DNA of 64,000 bases from an uncultured Candidatus Saccharibacteria bacterium (lineage in GTDB: Bacteria > Patescibacteriota > Minisyncoccia > Phycocordibacterales > UBA5272): the NCBI GenBank assembly GCA_964517625.1, contig CAZFBW010000003.1, positions 46,107-110,106 on the forward strand, given 5' to 3'. The translations under genes were made by a program, and so were the position numbers. Below the pieces are notes generated by a model, which saw only the letters and a program-made list of their open reading frames with translations, did not search any database and had not been told where the DNA came from. Position 1 is the first letter of the stretch. The number at the start of each line of letters is the position of its first letter. Of this stretch, positions 38,449 to 47,897 are shown piece after piece.

Positions 38449-39537
38449 ATGACCCTATTTCTTTTTTTCGTTATTCTCCTTCTCCTTGTGATTGTTCATG
38501 AGTTTGGACATTTTATTGCTGCGAAATTAACTGGTATGCGTGTAGATGAATTTGCTTTCGGTTTTCCACCTCGTCTATGGGGGAAAAAGAAAGGAGAAAC
38601 AACATACTCATTCAATACGCTACCGCTCGGCGGGTATGTTTCTATTTATGGTGAAAACGGTGAACCTGACGATAAAGCAAAACACGATCCGCGGGCATTT
38701 GGCAATCGTCCATGGTGGGCTCAGCTTGTGACGCTTGTTGCTGGTGTTGTGATGAATATGGTTTTAGCGTGGGTTATTTTCGTAGCAATTTCTTTTGGCT
38801 CTGTTCGTATTTCCGCTGATGATGAAAAATATGGAGACCGTATCACTACACCGGAATTGGTGGTTGTTGATGCGTCACTTGAATCACCGGCGTACAAAGC
38901 AGGGATTATTCCCGGTTCAGTTATTGCAAGTATGAAAGGGAAGTATGCAACATTTAAGGGCACGAATGCTACATCTGCCGTTGAATTTATTAGAAAGCAT
39001 ATCGATGAACCACTCACGATAACATACATTCTTCCAAATCAAGTGGTTGCTTCAACGACGATCACTGGCGTATACGGTTTGATTCCAGACCGAAAGGCAC
39101 TCGGTATTTCAGTTGATGCGATTGGATACCTCGACGCAAATCTGATAGATGCTTTTGTGTTAGGAACAGAGCGCACATACAACATGACTATGATGACGCT
39201 CGATGGTCTCTCACAACTTGTGATGTCAATTAGTAGAGGTGAAAGTGTCATTGATTCGCTCTCGGGTCCCATCGGTATTGCTAAAATCGTTGGACAGACA
39301 AGTGAATATGGAGTGGAGGCGGTGCTTACACTTATTGCCGTGCTTTCGATTAATTTGGCAATTTTCAATATCTTACCTTTCCCAGCGCTTGATGGCGGAC
39401 GTATGATTATTGTTGTTGGCGAAACAATCACGCGAAAGAAGTTTCCGTTTAAATATATGTCGATTATTAACGGAGTAGGGTTTGTTCTCTTGATTCTGCT
39501 TCTCATTGTGGTTTCTATTAAAGACGTTACCCTGTAA
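38449..39537 (+). CDS. rseP: RseP/site-2 protease (M50)
   Basis: HEFGH, PLGGYV, SGPIGI, NILPFPALDGGR. Confidence 0.93.
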   Translation: MTLFLFFVILLLLVIVHEFGHFIAAKLTGMRVDEFAFGFPPRLWGKKKGETTYSFNTLPLGGYVSIYGENGEPDDKAKHDPRAFGNRPWWAQLVTLVAGVVMNMVLAWVIFVAISFGSVRISADDEKYGDRITTPELVVVDASLESPAYKAGIIPGSVIASMKGKYATFKGTNATSAVEFIRKHIDEPLTITYILPNQVVASTTITGVYGLIPDRKALGISVDAIGYLDANLIDAFVLGTERTYNMTMMTLDGLSQLVMSISRGESVIDSLSGPIGIAKIVGQTSEYGVEAVLTLIAVLSINLAIFNILPFPALDGGRMIIVVGETITRKKFPFKYMSIINGVGFVLLILLLIVVSIKDVTL

Positions 39538-39561
39538 AAGGGGCGTGGTATACTTTTTCCC

Positions 39562-40827
39562 ATGCGACAGTCACATTTATTTACAAAGACAAGAAAAGAG
39601 AATCCAAGCGACGAAGTTTCTAAAAATGCGGAACTTCTCATTCGCGCAGGATATATTCACAAAGAAATCGCCGGAGCGTACAGCTTTTTACCTCTCGGGC
39701 TACGAGTGCTTGAAAACATCAAAGCAATTATTCGAGATGAAATGAATCGCGAAGGGGGTCAAGAAGTTTTTATGACGGCTCTCCAAGATAAAAGTATTTG
39801 GGAAAAAACAGACAGGTGGGATGATACGAAGGTGGATAATTGGTTTAAGACAACGATTAAGGGTGGTGGTGAAACTGGTCTTGCAATTACCCATGAAGAG
39901 CCACTAACAAACATCATGACAGGATTTATTTCCTCATATCGTGATCTACCTAAGTATGCGTATCAGTTTCAGAATAAGTTTCGAAATGAGGCACGTGCAA
40001 AATCAGGCATCATGCGAGGCAGAGAATTTTTGATGAAAGACATGTATGATTTTTCAAGATCTCAAGAAGAGCACGAAGTATTTTATAACAAGATGCGTGA
40101 AGCATACATTCGCACCTTTAATCGTTTGGGTATTGGCGAGCAAACCTATGTGACATTTGCATCAGGTGGAATCTTTTCTCCATTTTCTGAAGAGTTTCAA
40201 ACGGTATCTGATGCCGGTGAAGACACGATTTATGTAGATGAAAAAAAGAAACTTGCCGTTAATAAAGAAGTGTACAACGATGAGGCGCTTGCAAAACTTG
40301 GTTTGAAGAAAGAAGATTTGGTTGAAAAGAAATCTATTGAAGTTGGAAATATTTTCCACCTGGGTACTAAATTTTCTGTTCCGCTTGGACTTTCATACAC
40401 TGATGAGAAAGGGGAAAAGCAACCCGTGGTGATGGGTTCATATGGCATGGGGCCATCTCGAATTATGGGAACTATCGTTGAAGTGCTTTCAGATGATAAA
40501 GGAATTGTGTGGCCAGCATCTATTGCACCTTTTTCACTCCACTTGATTGCACTCTATAAAAGTAAGGATGATGAAAGTTATAAGAAAGCAGAGTCTTTGT
40601 ACAATGATTTAACTGCGAAAGGGGTTGAGGTACTTTTTGATGATCGCGAACTAAGTCCTGGAAATAAATTTGCAGACAGTGATTTGATTGGTATTCCAAT
40701 GCGCGTGGTGGTGAGCGAAAAATCTTTAACAGCAGGCGGGGTTGAAATAAAAGAACGAACAGCCAGTACAAGTGAAATTATCACTGTTGAAGAATTGTTT
40801 AAAACATACCAAAAGAATTGCGAATAG
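39562..40827 (+). CDS. proS: proline--tRNA ligase (no INS editing domain)
   Basis: THEE, KFRNE.R...G.MRGREF.MKD.Y, EVGNIF.LG, GSYG.G. Confidence 0.95.
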   Translation: MRQSHLFTKTRKENPSDEVSKNAELLIRAGYIHKEIAGAYSFLPLGLRVLENIKAIIRDEMNREGGQEVFMTALQDKSIWEKTDRWDDTKVDNWFKTTIKGGGETGLAITHEEPLTNIMTGFISSYRDLPKYAYQFQNKFRNEARAKSGIMRGREFLMKDMYDFSRSQEEHEVFYNKMREAYIRTFNRLGIGEQTYVTFASGGIFSPFSEEFQTVSDAGEDTIYVDEKKKLAVNKEVYNDEALAKLGLKKEDLVEKKSIEVGNIFHLGTKFSVPLGLSYTDEKGEKQPVVMGSYGMGPSRIMGTIVEVLSDDKGIVWPASIAPFSLHLIALYKSKDDESYKKAESLYNDLTAKGVEVLFDDRELSPGNKFADSDLIGIPMRVVVSEKSLTAGGVEIKERTASTSEIITVEELFKTYQKNCE

Positions 40828-40872
40828 AAAAAGCCACCAAGACCCAGTTGGGTGTTGGTGGCATTTGAGTTT

Positions 40873-41397
40873 TTATTTTGATGCTTTGTGGGCGATGTGT
40901 TTACCCATTCTTTCGATGTCGGAAAGAAGCTTGATGATGTCTTTGCTCATCTTAAGATCCACGGCTTCTTTTTTCAGACGAGCGATGAAACCCGAACTGT
41001 AGATTTGTAGCATTTGGTTCCCAACGTGTTCTGCTTTATTTGGAAGAGGAGAAGGGAGATTAGCGTAGTTGGTTGCCAACTCGCAAAGAAACATTCTTCT
41101 TTCATCAGAGACACCAGCCTCTGTGAGTAGTTCCTCCGCCTCTTTTTCCAGCGCCTCCGCCTCTCTTCGTGCGAGCTTACCCATAGCTGTTGTGAAGTTT
41201 TCATTCCAGTTGGCATGGTATTCCGCGTACGCTTCATTGATCTTTGGCGCCAGCACGTTTATGTATCGCATCTGGGCGTGCGCGGAAGGTCCAGAGAGTT
41301 CCTCGTTTAGTTTTACGAGAACATCTTTACAGATTTGTGCAAACTGCAAGGCATACATGCGAACAAGTACTGACTGGAGCACTGTGTCCATATACAT
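40873..41397 (-). CDS. hypothetical alpha-helical protein
   Basis: AAAGGA SD, own TTGACG promoter; start approximate. Confidence 0.55.
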   Translation of the reverse strand: MYMDTVLQSVLVRMYALQFAQICKDVLVKLNEELSGPSAHAQMRYINVLAPKINEAYAEYHANWNENFTTAMGKLARREAEALEKEAEELLTEAGVSDERRMFLCELATNYANLPSPLPNKAEHVGNQMLQIYSSGFIARLKKEAVDLKMSKDIIKLLSDIERMGKHIAHKASK

Positions 41398-41510
41398 AAG
41401 TATTAGTCCTTTCGCTGGTTGGTTTTTTGGAACTGTACTGATAGTTACACTACACGATTTTTTGTGTTCGTCAAACTTTTTAATTTGGTATATATAAATA
41501 AAAACCCCCA

Positions 41511-41861
41511 CTACGCCGTAGCGGGGGATTTGAAAATTACAACATAGTTACCGACAGAAATTTCTTTAATCATAGACAGAACATCTTCGCCTTCAATCGA
41601 TACCCGTAAAGATCCAAAGTCTTCTGTTGTTGGGTTGATTGTGTGCGTTATGCAACAGAAGAGTGCACGGTTGTGTGCCCACATAGAAAGCCTTTCTTCG
41701 TTTTCTAAACCCTCGCCACCTGGCACATATTCGAATTCATCAACTTTTACAGCAATCTCTCCGCCATTTTTAAGGGAAATACGCAATAGGGTTCCTATGA
41801 GATCTTGAGCGTGGCTTACGCCAAGGTTGCTAAGCAAGGTGTCTTTGACGCTTTTGTTCAT
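41511..41861 (-). CDS. hypothetical protein, Sm/LSm-like sequence pattern
   Basis: LIGTLLRISLKNGGEIAVKVDEFE resembles the Sm1 motif; GAGGA SD; TTGACG-17-TAGATT promoter. Confidence 0.55.
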   Translation of the reverse strand: MNKSVKDTLLSNLGVSHAQDLIGTLLRISLKNGGEIAVKVDEFEYVPGGEGLENEERLSMWAHNRALFCCITHTINPTTEDFGSLRVSIEGEDVLSMIKEISVGNYVVIFKSPATA

Positions 41862-41938
41862 TTTGGTCCTCGTGTGATGGTTAAAGAAAACAGCTGGCAT
41901 TAATCTACAGTTTTTTAGTGTTGGCGTCAATTTTAGAT

Positions 41939-42102
41939 AAAAAAAGAGACGCCCCGAATTGGTGACGTCTCATCAAAGGTTGGTCGAAGTGCGGATGTAA
42001 CTGACCAGGTTACATCCCGGTACCGAGTCGCCGGAGTGGGTAATCGGCCATCCTCTCACTTTTGAAACCCCGCGGTATTTTATGAACTTTCCCGGGAGAG
42101 CA
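41939..42102 (-). ncRNA. ~165-nt structured RNA C, 6S RNA candidate
   Basis: TTGACA-17-TACCAT (42137-42109); rod-like fold UCCCGGG/UUCGGGG, AAGUG/CACUU, GGAUG/CAUCC, UUAC/GUAA, UCCGG/CCGGG with central bubble; terminator GAGACGUC/GGCGUCUC plus U7. Confidence 0.55.
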
Positions 42103-42174
42103 AAATTTATGGTACTACCAATTTTTAATATTGTCAAATTAGTATCGAATATTTCTACGTGGTAGAATACCCCC

Positions 42175-43425
42175 ATGTTTGAGCGATTTTTACGTCACTT
42201 TTCAAATGATATTGGTATCGATTTGGGTACTGCAAATACGCTCGTGTATCTCCGTGGGCGAGGCATTGTTATTAATGAACCATCTGTTGTTGCACTTAAC
42301 GCAAAAACTGACCGCGTGGTGGCTGTTGGTAATGAAGCAAAAGATATGATGGGACGCACACCGGCGCATATTCGTATCGTTCGTCCACTTGTTGACGGGG
42401 TGATTTCTGATTATGAAGTAACGGAGGAAATGCTTTCATACCTCATTAACAAAGCAAACGAAATGGTGAAAAAGTTTTTGCGTCCGCGTGTGGTCATTGG
42501 TATTCCTGTTGGTGTGACTAACGTTGAGATGCGTGCGGTGTATGACGCGGCAAAATCAGCTGGGGCGCGCGAGGTATACATTGTTGAAGAACCGATGGCG
42601 GCAGCAATCGGTGTGCACCTTCCAATTCATGAGCCAGTAGGAAGTATGATTGTAGATATTGGTGGCGGAACAACTGACATCGCTGTGATTGCGCTTGGTG
42701 GTGTGGTGCGCTCTAAAAGTTTAAAAGTTGCAGGGGATGTGATGAATACAAATATCATCACCTACATTCGTGACGAGTTTAAAATGCTTATCGGAGAAAA
42801 AACAGCAGAGCACATCAAAATGACCATCGGTGCCGCGATTCCAAGCGAGCACGGCGAAGAAATGACAATCAAAGGACGAGATTTGATTACTGGACTCCCA
42901 CGCGAAGCGGTGATTACTGATGTAGATATTCGCGAAGCAATGTACGGCCCGCTTTCACAAATTGTGGAAGCAATCAAAGAAGTTTTGGAAACCACACCAC
43001 CTGAAGTGCTTTCGGATATTATGCACAAAGGTATTACGCTTTCAGGAGGCGGTGCTCTTATTAGAAATATCACGACACTCCTTAAAATGCAGGTTAAGGT
43101 TCCAATTATTGTTGCGGATGATCCATTAACATGCGTTGCTCGAGGAACAGGTTTTATCCTAGAGGATATAGAGAAGTATAAATATGTAGGAATTCCAAAC
43201 ACCGATGACATATCGTTCCGCGAAAGCAAAACAAGGTTCAAAGCATGTGCGCATCGCAGCACTTATTATTTTTGTTGTACTGCTTTCTTTTATGTGGGAG
43301 CCGGTTCAGGAAACACTTCATCCCGTTGTTGCACCATTACTAAACACGTATGTGACCATACGCGATACGGGGACTGGTATACCTCATGCAATTGTTACTT
43401 TTTTTACAAAGCGAAGCGAATATGA
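42175..43425 (+). CDS. mreB: MreB (paralog 2) with apparent read-through extension over mreC
   Basis: GIDLGTANT, EEPMAAAIG, DIGGGTTD, CVARGTG; homology ends near 43220. Confidence 0.93.
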   Translation: MFERFLRHFSNDIGIDLGTANTLVYLRGRGIVINEPSVVALNAKTDRVVAVGNEAKDMMGRTPAHIRIVRPLVDGVISDYEVTEEMLSYLINKANEMVKKFLRPRVVIGIPVGVTNVEMRAVYDAAKSAGAREVYIVEEPMAAAIGVHLPIHEPVGSMIVDIGGGTTDIAVIALGGVVRSKSLKVAGDVMNTNIITYIRDEFKMLIGEKTAEHIKMTIGAAIPSEHGEEMTIKGRDLITGLPREAVITDVDIREAMYGPLSQIVEAIKEVLETTPPEVLSDIMHKGITLSGGGALIRNITTLLKMQVKVPIIVADDPLTCVARGTGFILEDIEKYKYVGIPNTDDISFRESKTRFKACAHRSTYYFCCTAFFYVGAGSGNTSSRCCTITKHVCDHTRYGDWYTSCNCYFFYKAKRI

Positions 43426-44014
43426 AAAACGCATTAGTGAACTAGAACTTCAAATTGAGCGTCTTGAAAACGAACTTGCCTACACAACTGATCTTTTAGA
43501 TACCACTGATGATGAGGGGAGTGCAGAGAGTGCAACTACAACAAATACCGTTCTTACTGGAAGCAAAACCCAAAAACTATATCCAGTTCTTAAAGATATA
43601 ACAACGATGTATAACAGTGTTGTTTTGTCTGGTGGATTTGATGACGACATAGAAGAGGGAATGATTGTGTATGTGCGTGGACATCAGGCAGTTGGTTTTA
43701 TTGAAAAAGTCCATAAAGCCACATCCATTATGAAATTGTATTCATCGTCAGATCAGCATGTAGAAGGAATAATTAAGGATATTGATACCAGTATTACCCT
43801 CCAAGGACAAGGAGGGGGTTCATATGTGATAGAAGCGCAAAAGGATGTTGATCTTGCTGTAGGCCAAGTGGTTCATTTGGCAGGAAATCCTTCTATGGTG
43901 CTTGGGACGATTGTTTCGGTTGAAGATGACCCGCAAGATATTTTTGTGCGTGCATATGTTCGTGGAGCATATAATCCAAACAGAGCAAATACTTTCTATG
44001 TTGACCGTCAATAA
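43205..44014 (+). CDS. mreC: rod shape-determining protein MreC
   Basis: TM plus coiled coil plus beta domain (G.G.GSY), located between mreB and PBP2. Confidence 0.85.
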   Translation: MTYRSAKAKQGSKHVRIAALIIFVVLLSFMWEPVQETLHPVVAPLLNTYVTIRDTGTGIPHAIVTFFTKRSEYEKRISELELQIERLENELAYTTDLLDTTDDEGSAESATTTNTVLTGSKTQKLYPVLKDITTMYNSVVLSGGFDDDIEEGMIVYVRGHQAVGFIEKVHKATSIMKLYSSSDQHVEGIIKDIDTSITLQGQGGGSYVIEAQKDVDLAVGQVVHLAGNPSMVLGTIVSVEDDPQDIFVRAYVRGAYNPNRANTFYVDRQ

Positions 44015-44165
44015 GTACACTCTTTATGTCGTTGGTGCCGTTATTTTTGCGCTTTTTGGGGATGTTGCTCTATCAACAAGTAAGTACCCGCTTTTTACGA
44101 TTGTTGTATGTGGTATAGTAATCGTACTAGCGTATGTCTCGCCACATATTAGGAAAACGTATTAA
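43998..44165 (+). CDS. 55-aa two-TM protein in the mreD position
   Basis: overlaps the mreC stop and the mrdA start; hydrophobic. Confidence 0.45.
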   Translation: MLTVNKYTLYVVGAVIFALFGDVALSTSKYPLFTIVVCGIVIVLAYVSPHIRKTY

Positions 44166-45822
44166 ACGCACACATCGGGAAATTAATCCTGAAGATGTGT
44201 TTTTGGATTCGCACAACATTCCAACGTTTAACACCAGCCAACTTGAAGGACACATTGAAAAACCCTTACCGAGTTATTTTGGATATATTATTTTATTTGC
44301 AGTCGTTGTTGTTTTTGGTATTTTTTCTGGCAAATTGTATTCAATGCAAGTGCGTGAGGCTGATACATATAGAGAACTTGCTGATAAAAATCACTTAAAG
44401 AGTACGCCAATCTTTGCGCATCGTGGAACAATTAGTGACAGGGAGGGCGTTTTGCTTGCTTGGAACGACAGTGTTGGAGCAAGTCACGAAATTCCAACAC
44501 GCAAATATATAGAAACCCCCGGTTTTTCTAATGTGCTTGGTTATGTAAGTTATCCAAAAAAAGATTCGAGTGGAATCTTTTGGCAAGATGTATACATCGG
44601 CAAAGACGGTATTGAAAAAATGTACAACGACCGTTTACAGGGGGTGACCGGAGAAAGAATTGTTGCAGTAAATGCAGCACGTGAAATAGAGGCGGAGAAC
44701 GTTACCGTTGATCCAATTAATGGCGAGAATATAAAAATTACCATCGATAAAGGGGTGCAAGCAAAACTTTATGAACGCATGAAAGCTCTTTCTGTTAAGG
44801 CGGGATTCACGGGGGGAGCTGCAGTAATTATGGATGTTGCAAATGGAGAAATTCTTGCGCTCGTAAGTTTTCCACAGTACGACAACAATTTAATTACAAA
44901 CGCTTCATCGTCCGATGAGAAAAAGCAGGTGTCTCGCGACCTTCTTGATAAACGAAACATGTTTCTTAATCGTGCCGTGTCTGGACTGTTTACTCCTGGG
45001 TCAACAGTAAAACCATTCGTTGCCATTGCTGCCCTCATGGAGGGTGTAATTACTCCTGAAAAGGAAATTTATAGTTCTGGTGCACTTGTTATTAAAAATA
45101 AATATGGCGGTCCAGATACAGTGTTTAAAGACTGGAAGGCTCATGGATATGTGGATATGCGAAAGGCGATTGCAGGCTCGTCGGATGAATATTTTTACCA
45201 AGTAGGGGGTGGGTATCAGAGTCAGCAGGGATTAGGAATTGAACGTATTAATCGTTACGCGAAAATGTTTGGTTTTGCTTCAACAACAGGTATTGATTTA
45301 CCTGGTGAAAAAGCAGGACTCGTTCCTTCTCCCGAATGGAAGAAAAAAACTTTCAATGAAGATTGGCTACTTGGAAATACATACCACACCTCAATTGGAC
45401 AGTATGGTTTTCAAGTTACTCCACTTGAACTTGTACGCGCTGTTGCCATGATTGCTAACGGAGGATATTTAGTTACTCCTCATCTTTATTTATCGCTTGA
45501 GACGAAAAGGACATTAGTCGGTTTGGAAGAAGGCCATCTTAAAGTTATTCGTGAAGGAATGCGACAAGGAGCAATAACGGGAACAGGAAAAGTTCTTAAT
45601 ATTCCAGGCGTGAAAGTCGCTACCAAATCAGGAACAGCAGAATTAGGAATTACTAAACAACTGGTGAACAGTTGGATTACGGGATATTTTCCATATGAGA
45701 ATCCACGGTATGCTTTTGTGGTGATTATGGAAAAAGGGGATAGACATAATCCGTATGGCGCAGTATTTGTGATGCGCGAGACGCTTGAATGGATGCGTGA
45801 CAACACGGAGTATACAAAGTAG
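44134..45822 (+). CDS. mrdA: penicillin-binding protein 2
   Basis: RG.I.DR.G, PGSTVKP (SxxK), SSD, KSGTA. Confidence 0.93.
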   Translation: MSRHILGKRIKRTHREINPEDVFLDSHNIPTFNTSQLEGHIEKPLPSYFGYIILFAVVVVFGIFSGKLYSMQVREADTYRELADKNHLKSTPIFAHRGTISDREGVLLAWNDSVGASHEIPTRKYIETPGFSNVLGYVSYPKKDSSGIFWQDVYIGKDGIEKMYNDRLQGVTGERIVAVNAAREIEAENVTVDPINGENIKITIDKGVQAKLYERMKALSVKAGFTGGAAVIMDVANGEILALVSFPQYDNNLITNASSSDEKKQVSRDLLDKRNMFLNRAVSGLFTPGSTVKPFVAIAALMEGVITPEKEIYSSGALVIKNKYGGPDTVFKDWKAHGYVDMRKAIAGSSDEYFYQVGGGYQSQQGLGIERINRYAKMFGFASTTGIDLPGEKAGLVPSPEWKKKTFNEDWLLGNTYHTSIGQYGFQVTPLELVRAVAMIANGGYLVTPHLYLSLETKRTLVGLEEGHLKVIREGMRQGAITGTGKVLNIPGVKVATKSGTAELGITKQLVNSWITGYFPYENPRYAFVVIMEKGDRHNPYGAVFVMRETLEWMRDNTEYTK

Positions 45823-45855
45823 CCAAAAACGTTATTTTGTGCTATTATATCTGCC

Positions 45856-46311
45856 ATGGAATATTTAACAATCGAAAAGAAAAATTCTCTTGAAGAAGAG
45901 TTGAACAATTTAAAAACAGTTCGCCGTAAGGAAATTGCAGAGGCGCTTGAATACTCGAAATCACTCGGTGATCTTTCAGAAAACGCTGAATATCACCAAG
46001 CTCGTGAGGATCAGGCAAACTGTGAAGACCGTATTGCGCACATCGAACAAATTTTAAAGAATGCAGTTATTTTGAGCGACCATAAAGACGGATTCATTAG
46101 TGTTGGTAGTACGGTCGCTGTTCTCAAAAAAGGCGATAAGGAACCTCGGACATTTTTGATTGTTGGAAGTGAAGAAGCAGATTCTTTTACAGGAAAGATT
46201 TCCAATGAATCTCCGCTTGGAAAAGCTATTCTCGGCAAAGTAAAAGGTGACACAGTAAGTTTTGAAACTCCAAAAGGAAGCGTGACGTATACGGTTAAAT
46301 CAGTGGAATAA
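45856..46311 (+). CDS. greA: transcription elongation factor GreA
   Basis: GDLSENAEY, IS.ESPLGKAILG. Confidence 0.97.
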   Translation: MEYLTIEKKNSLEEELNNLKTVRRKEIAEALEYSKSLGDLSENAEYHQAREDQANCEDRIAHIEQILKNAVILSDHKDGFISVGSTVAVLKKGDKEPRTFLIVGSEEADSFTGKISNESPLGKAILGKVKGDTVSFETPKGSVTYTVKSVE

Positions 46312-46317
46312 CGAAAG

Positions 46318-46365
46318 ATAAGAACAAAAAAGGCAAACTAAAAAGTTTGCCTTTTTTGTTCTTAT
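46318..46365. terminator. long perfect hairpin terminator after greA
   Basis: ATAAGAACAAAAAAGGCAAACT-aaa-AAGTTTGCCTTTTTTGTTCTTAT. Confidence 0.85.
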
Positions 46366-46413
46366 TAGACTCTAGTCCTCAATAACTAGTCCCTGTGCTA
46401 TAATTTCCTTCAT

Positions 46414-47871
46414 ATGGCATCACTTGAAGAACTGCGCGCAGAGCGCCTCAAAAAATTACAAGCACTTCGTGAACAAGGGGATGAAGGGTATCCGAGCGTT
46501 TCTAGAAAGACACATGATTTAGCGGATATTGTTCGAGCTTTTAAAACGCTTCACGACGAAGGTACGCAAGTGATTGTAACTGGACGAATTATGGCTTCTC
46601 GCGGACAAGGGGCGCTTATCTTTTTCGACCTCTTTGACGGAACAGCGAAATTGCAGGCAGTGATTAAACTTCCAGAATCAGGAGACAAAGTACATGAATT
46701 TTATACGAAGTTTGTTGATATTGGAGATTTTGTTGAGGTAACAGGAACGCTCTTTATTACAAAAGCTGGACAGGAAAGTGTGCATGTGACTAACATGAGC
46801 ATGCTTTCTAAAGCACTTCTTCCGCTTCCAGATAAGTATCACGGCATTCAAGACGAAGAACTCCGTTTGCGCGAGCGATATCTTGATTTGCTTACTAATC
46901 CAGAACTACGCGAACTGATTGAAAAGAAGGCAAAGTTTTGGGATGTAACTCGAGCATTCTTAAAAGAAAGAAAATTCATCGAGGTGGAAACACCAACACT
47001 TGAAGTGACAACAGGAGGTGCTGAAGCGCGCCCGTTTAAAACACATCACCATGATTTTGATTTGAGTGTGTTCTTGCGTATCTCTGTTGGTGAGCTTTGG
47101 CAAAAGCGACTCATGGCGGGAGGTTTTTCTCGTACGTTTGAAATTGGTCGCGTGTATCGCAACGAAGGTTCATCACCTGAACACGTCCAAGAATTTACTA
47201 ACTGTGAATTTTATATGGCGTATGCTGACTATGAAGACGGAATGAATCTCGTACAAGATTTGTACAGAACGATTGCAAAAGAAGTGTTTGGCACGATGAC
47301 ATTTACTACTCGTGGTCACACCTTTGATTTAAGTGAAGCGTGGGCGCGCATTGATTATCGTGAAGAAGTGAAAAAACAGACTGGTATTGATATTGAGAAG
47401 GCAAGTGATGACGAGATTAAAAAGAAACTTCAAGAACTTAAGGTGACATACGATGGAGAAAACCGTGAGCGCTTGATTGATACGCTCTGGAAGCACTGTC
47501 GAAAGCAAATTTCAGGGCCAGCGTTTGTTATTAATCATCCGCTGATTGTGGCTCCGCTTGCAAAGAAAAATAAAGATGGCGAAACAGCGCAAGTGTTCCA
47601 ACCAATTTTAGCAGGTTCAGAAATCGGAAAAGGGTACACGGAATTAAATGACCCAATTGATCAACGTGCACGCTTCGAAAAGCAACAGCAACTCTTGGAG
47701 GGTGGTGATGAAGAAGCGATGATGGCGGATGAAAGTTTCGTGGAAATGCTTGAACACGGCATGCCACCAACGTGTGGGTTTGGATTTGGTGAACGACTCT
47801 TTGCATTCTTGTCGGATAAACCGATTCGCGAAGTGCATACCTTCCCACTTGTAAAACCTAAAATAGGGTAG
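46414..47871 (+). CDS. lysS: lysine--tRNA ligase (class II)
   Basis: RERYLDL, EVETP, GGAEARPF, YRNEG, ELNDP, GMPP..G.G.G. Confidence 0.97.
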   Translation: MASLEELRAERLKKLQALREQGDEGYPSVSRKTHDLADIVRAFKTLHDEGTQVIVTGRIMASRGQGALIFFDLFDGTAKLQAVIKLPESGDKVHEFYTKFVDIGDFVEVTGTLFITKAGQESVHVTNMSMLSKALLPLPDKYHGIQDEELRLRERYLDLLTNPELRELIEKKAKFWDVTRAFLKERKFIEVETPTLEVTTGGAEARPFKTHHHDFDLSVFLRISVGELWQKRLMAGGFSRTFEIGRVYRNEGSSPEHVQEFTNCEFYMAYADYEDGMNLVQDLYRTIAKEVFGTMTFTTRGHTFDLSEAWARIDYREEVKKQTGIDIEKASDDEIKKKLQELKVTYDGENRERLIDTLWKHCRKQISGPAFVINHPLIVAPLAKKNKDGETAQVFQPILAGSEIGKGYTELNDPIDQRARFEKQQQLLEGGDEEAMMADESFVEMLEHGMPPTCGFGFGERLFAFLSDKPIREVHTFPLVKPKIG

Positions 47872-47897
47872 AAAGACAATCATAATAATCCCACCGC

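Noticed and set aside
41990-42020. SRP (4.5S) RNA, suggested by CCGGGAUGUA similarity
   Set aside because: It lacks the conserved helix-8 CAGG..GNRA..AGCA motif.
35418-43425. Two mreB copies as a novelty
   Set aside because: Multiple MreB paralogs are common; only the read-through is noted.
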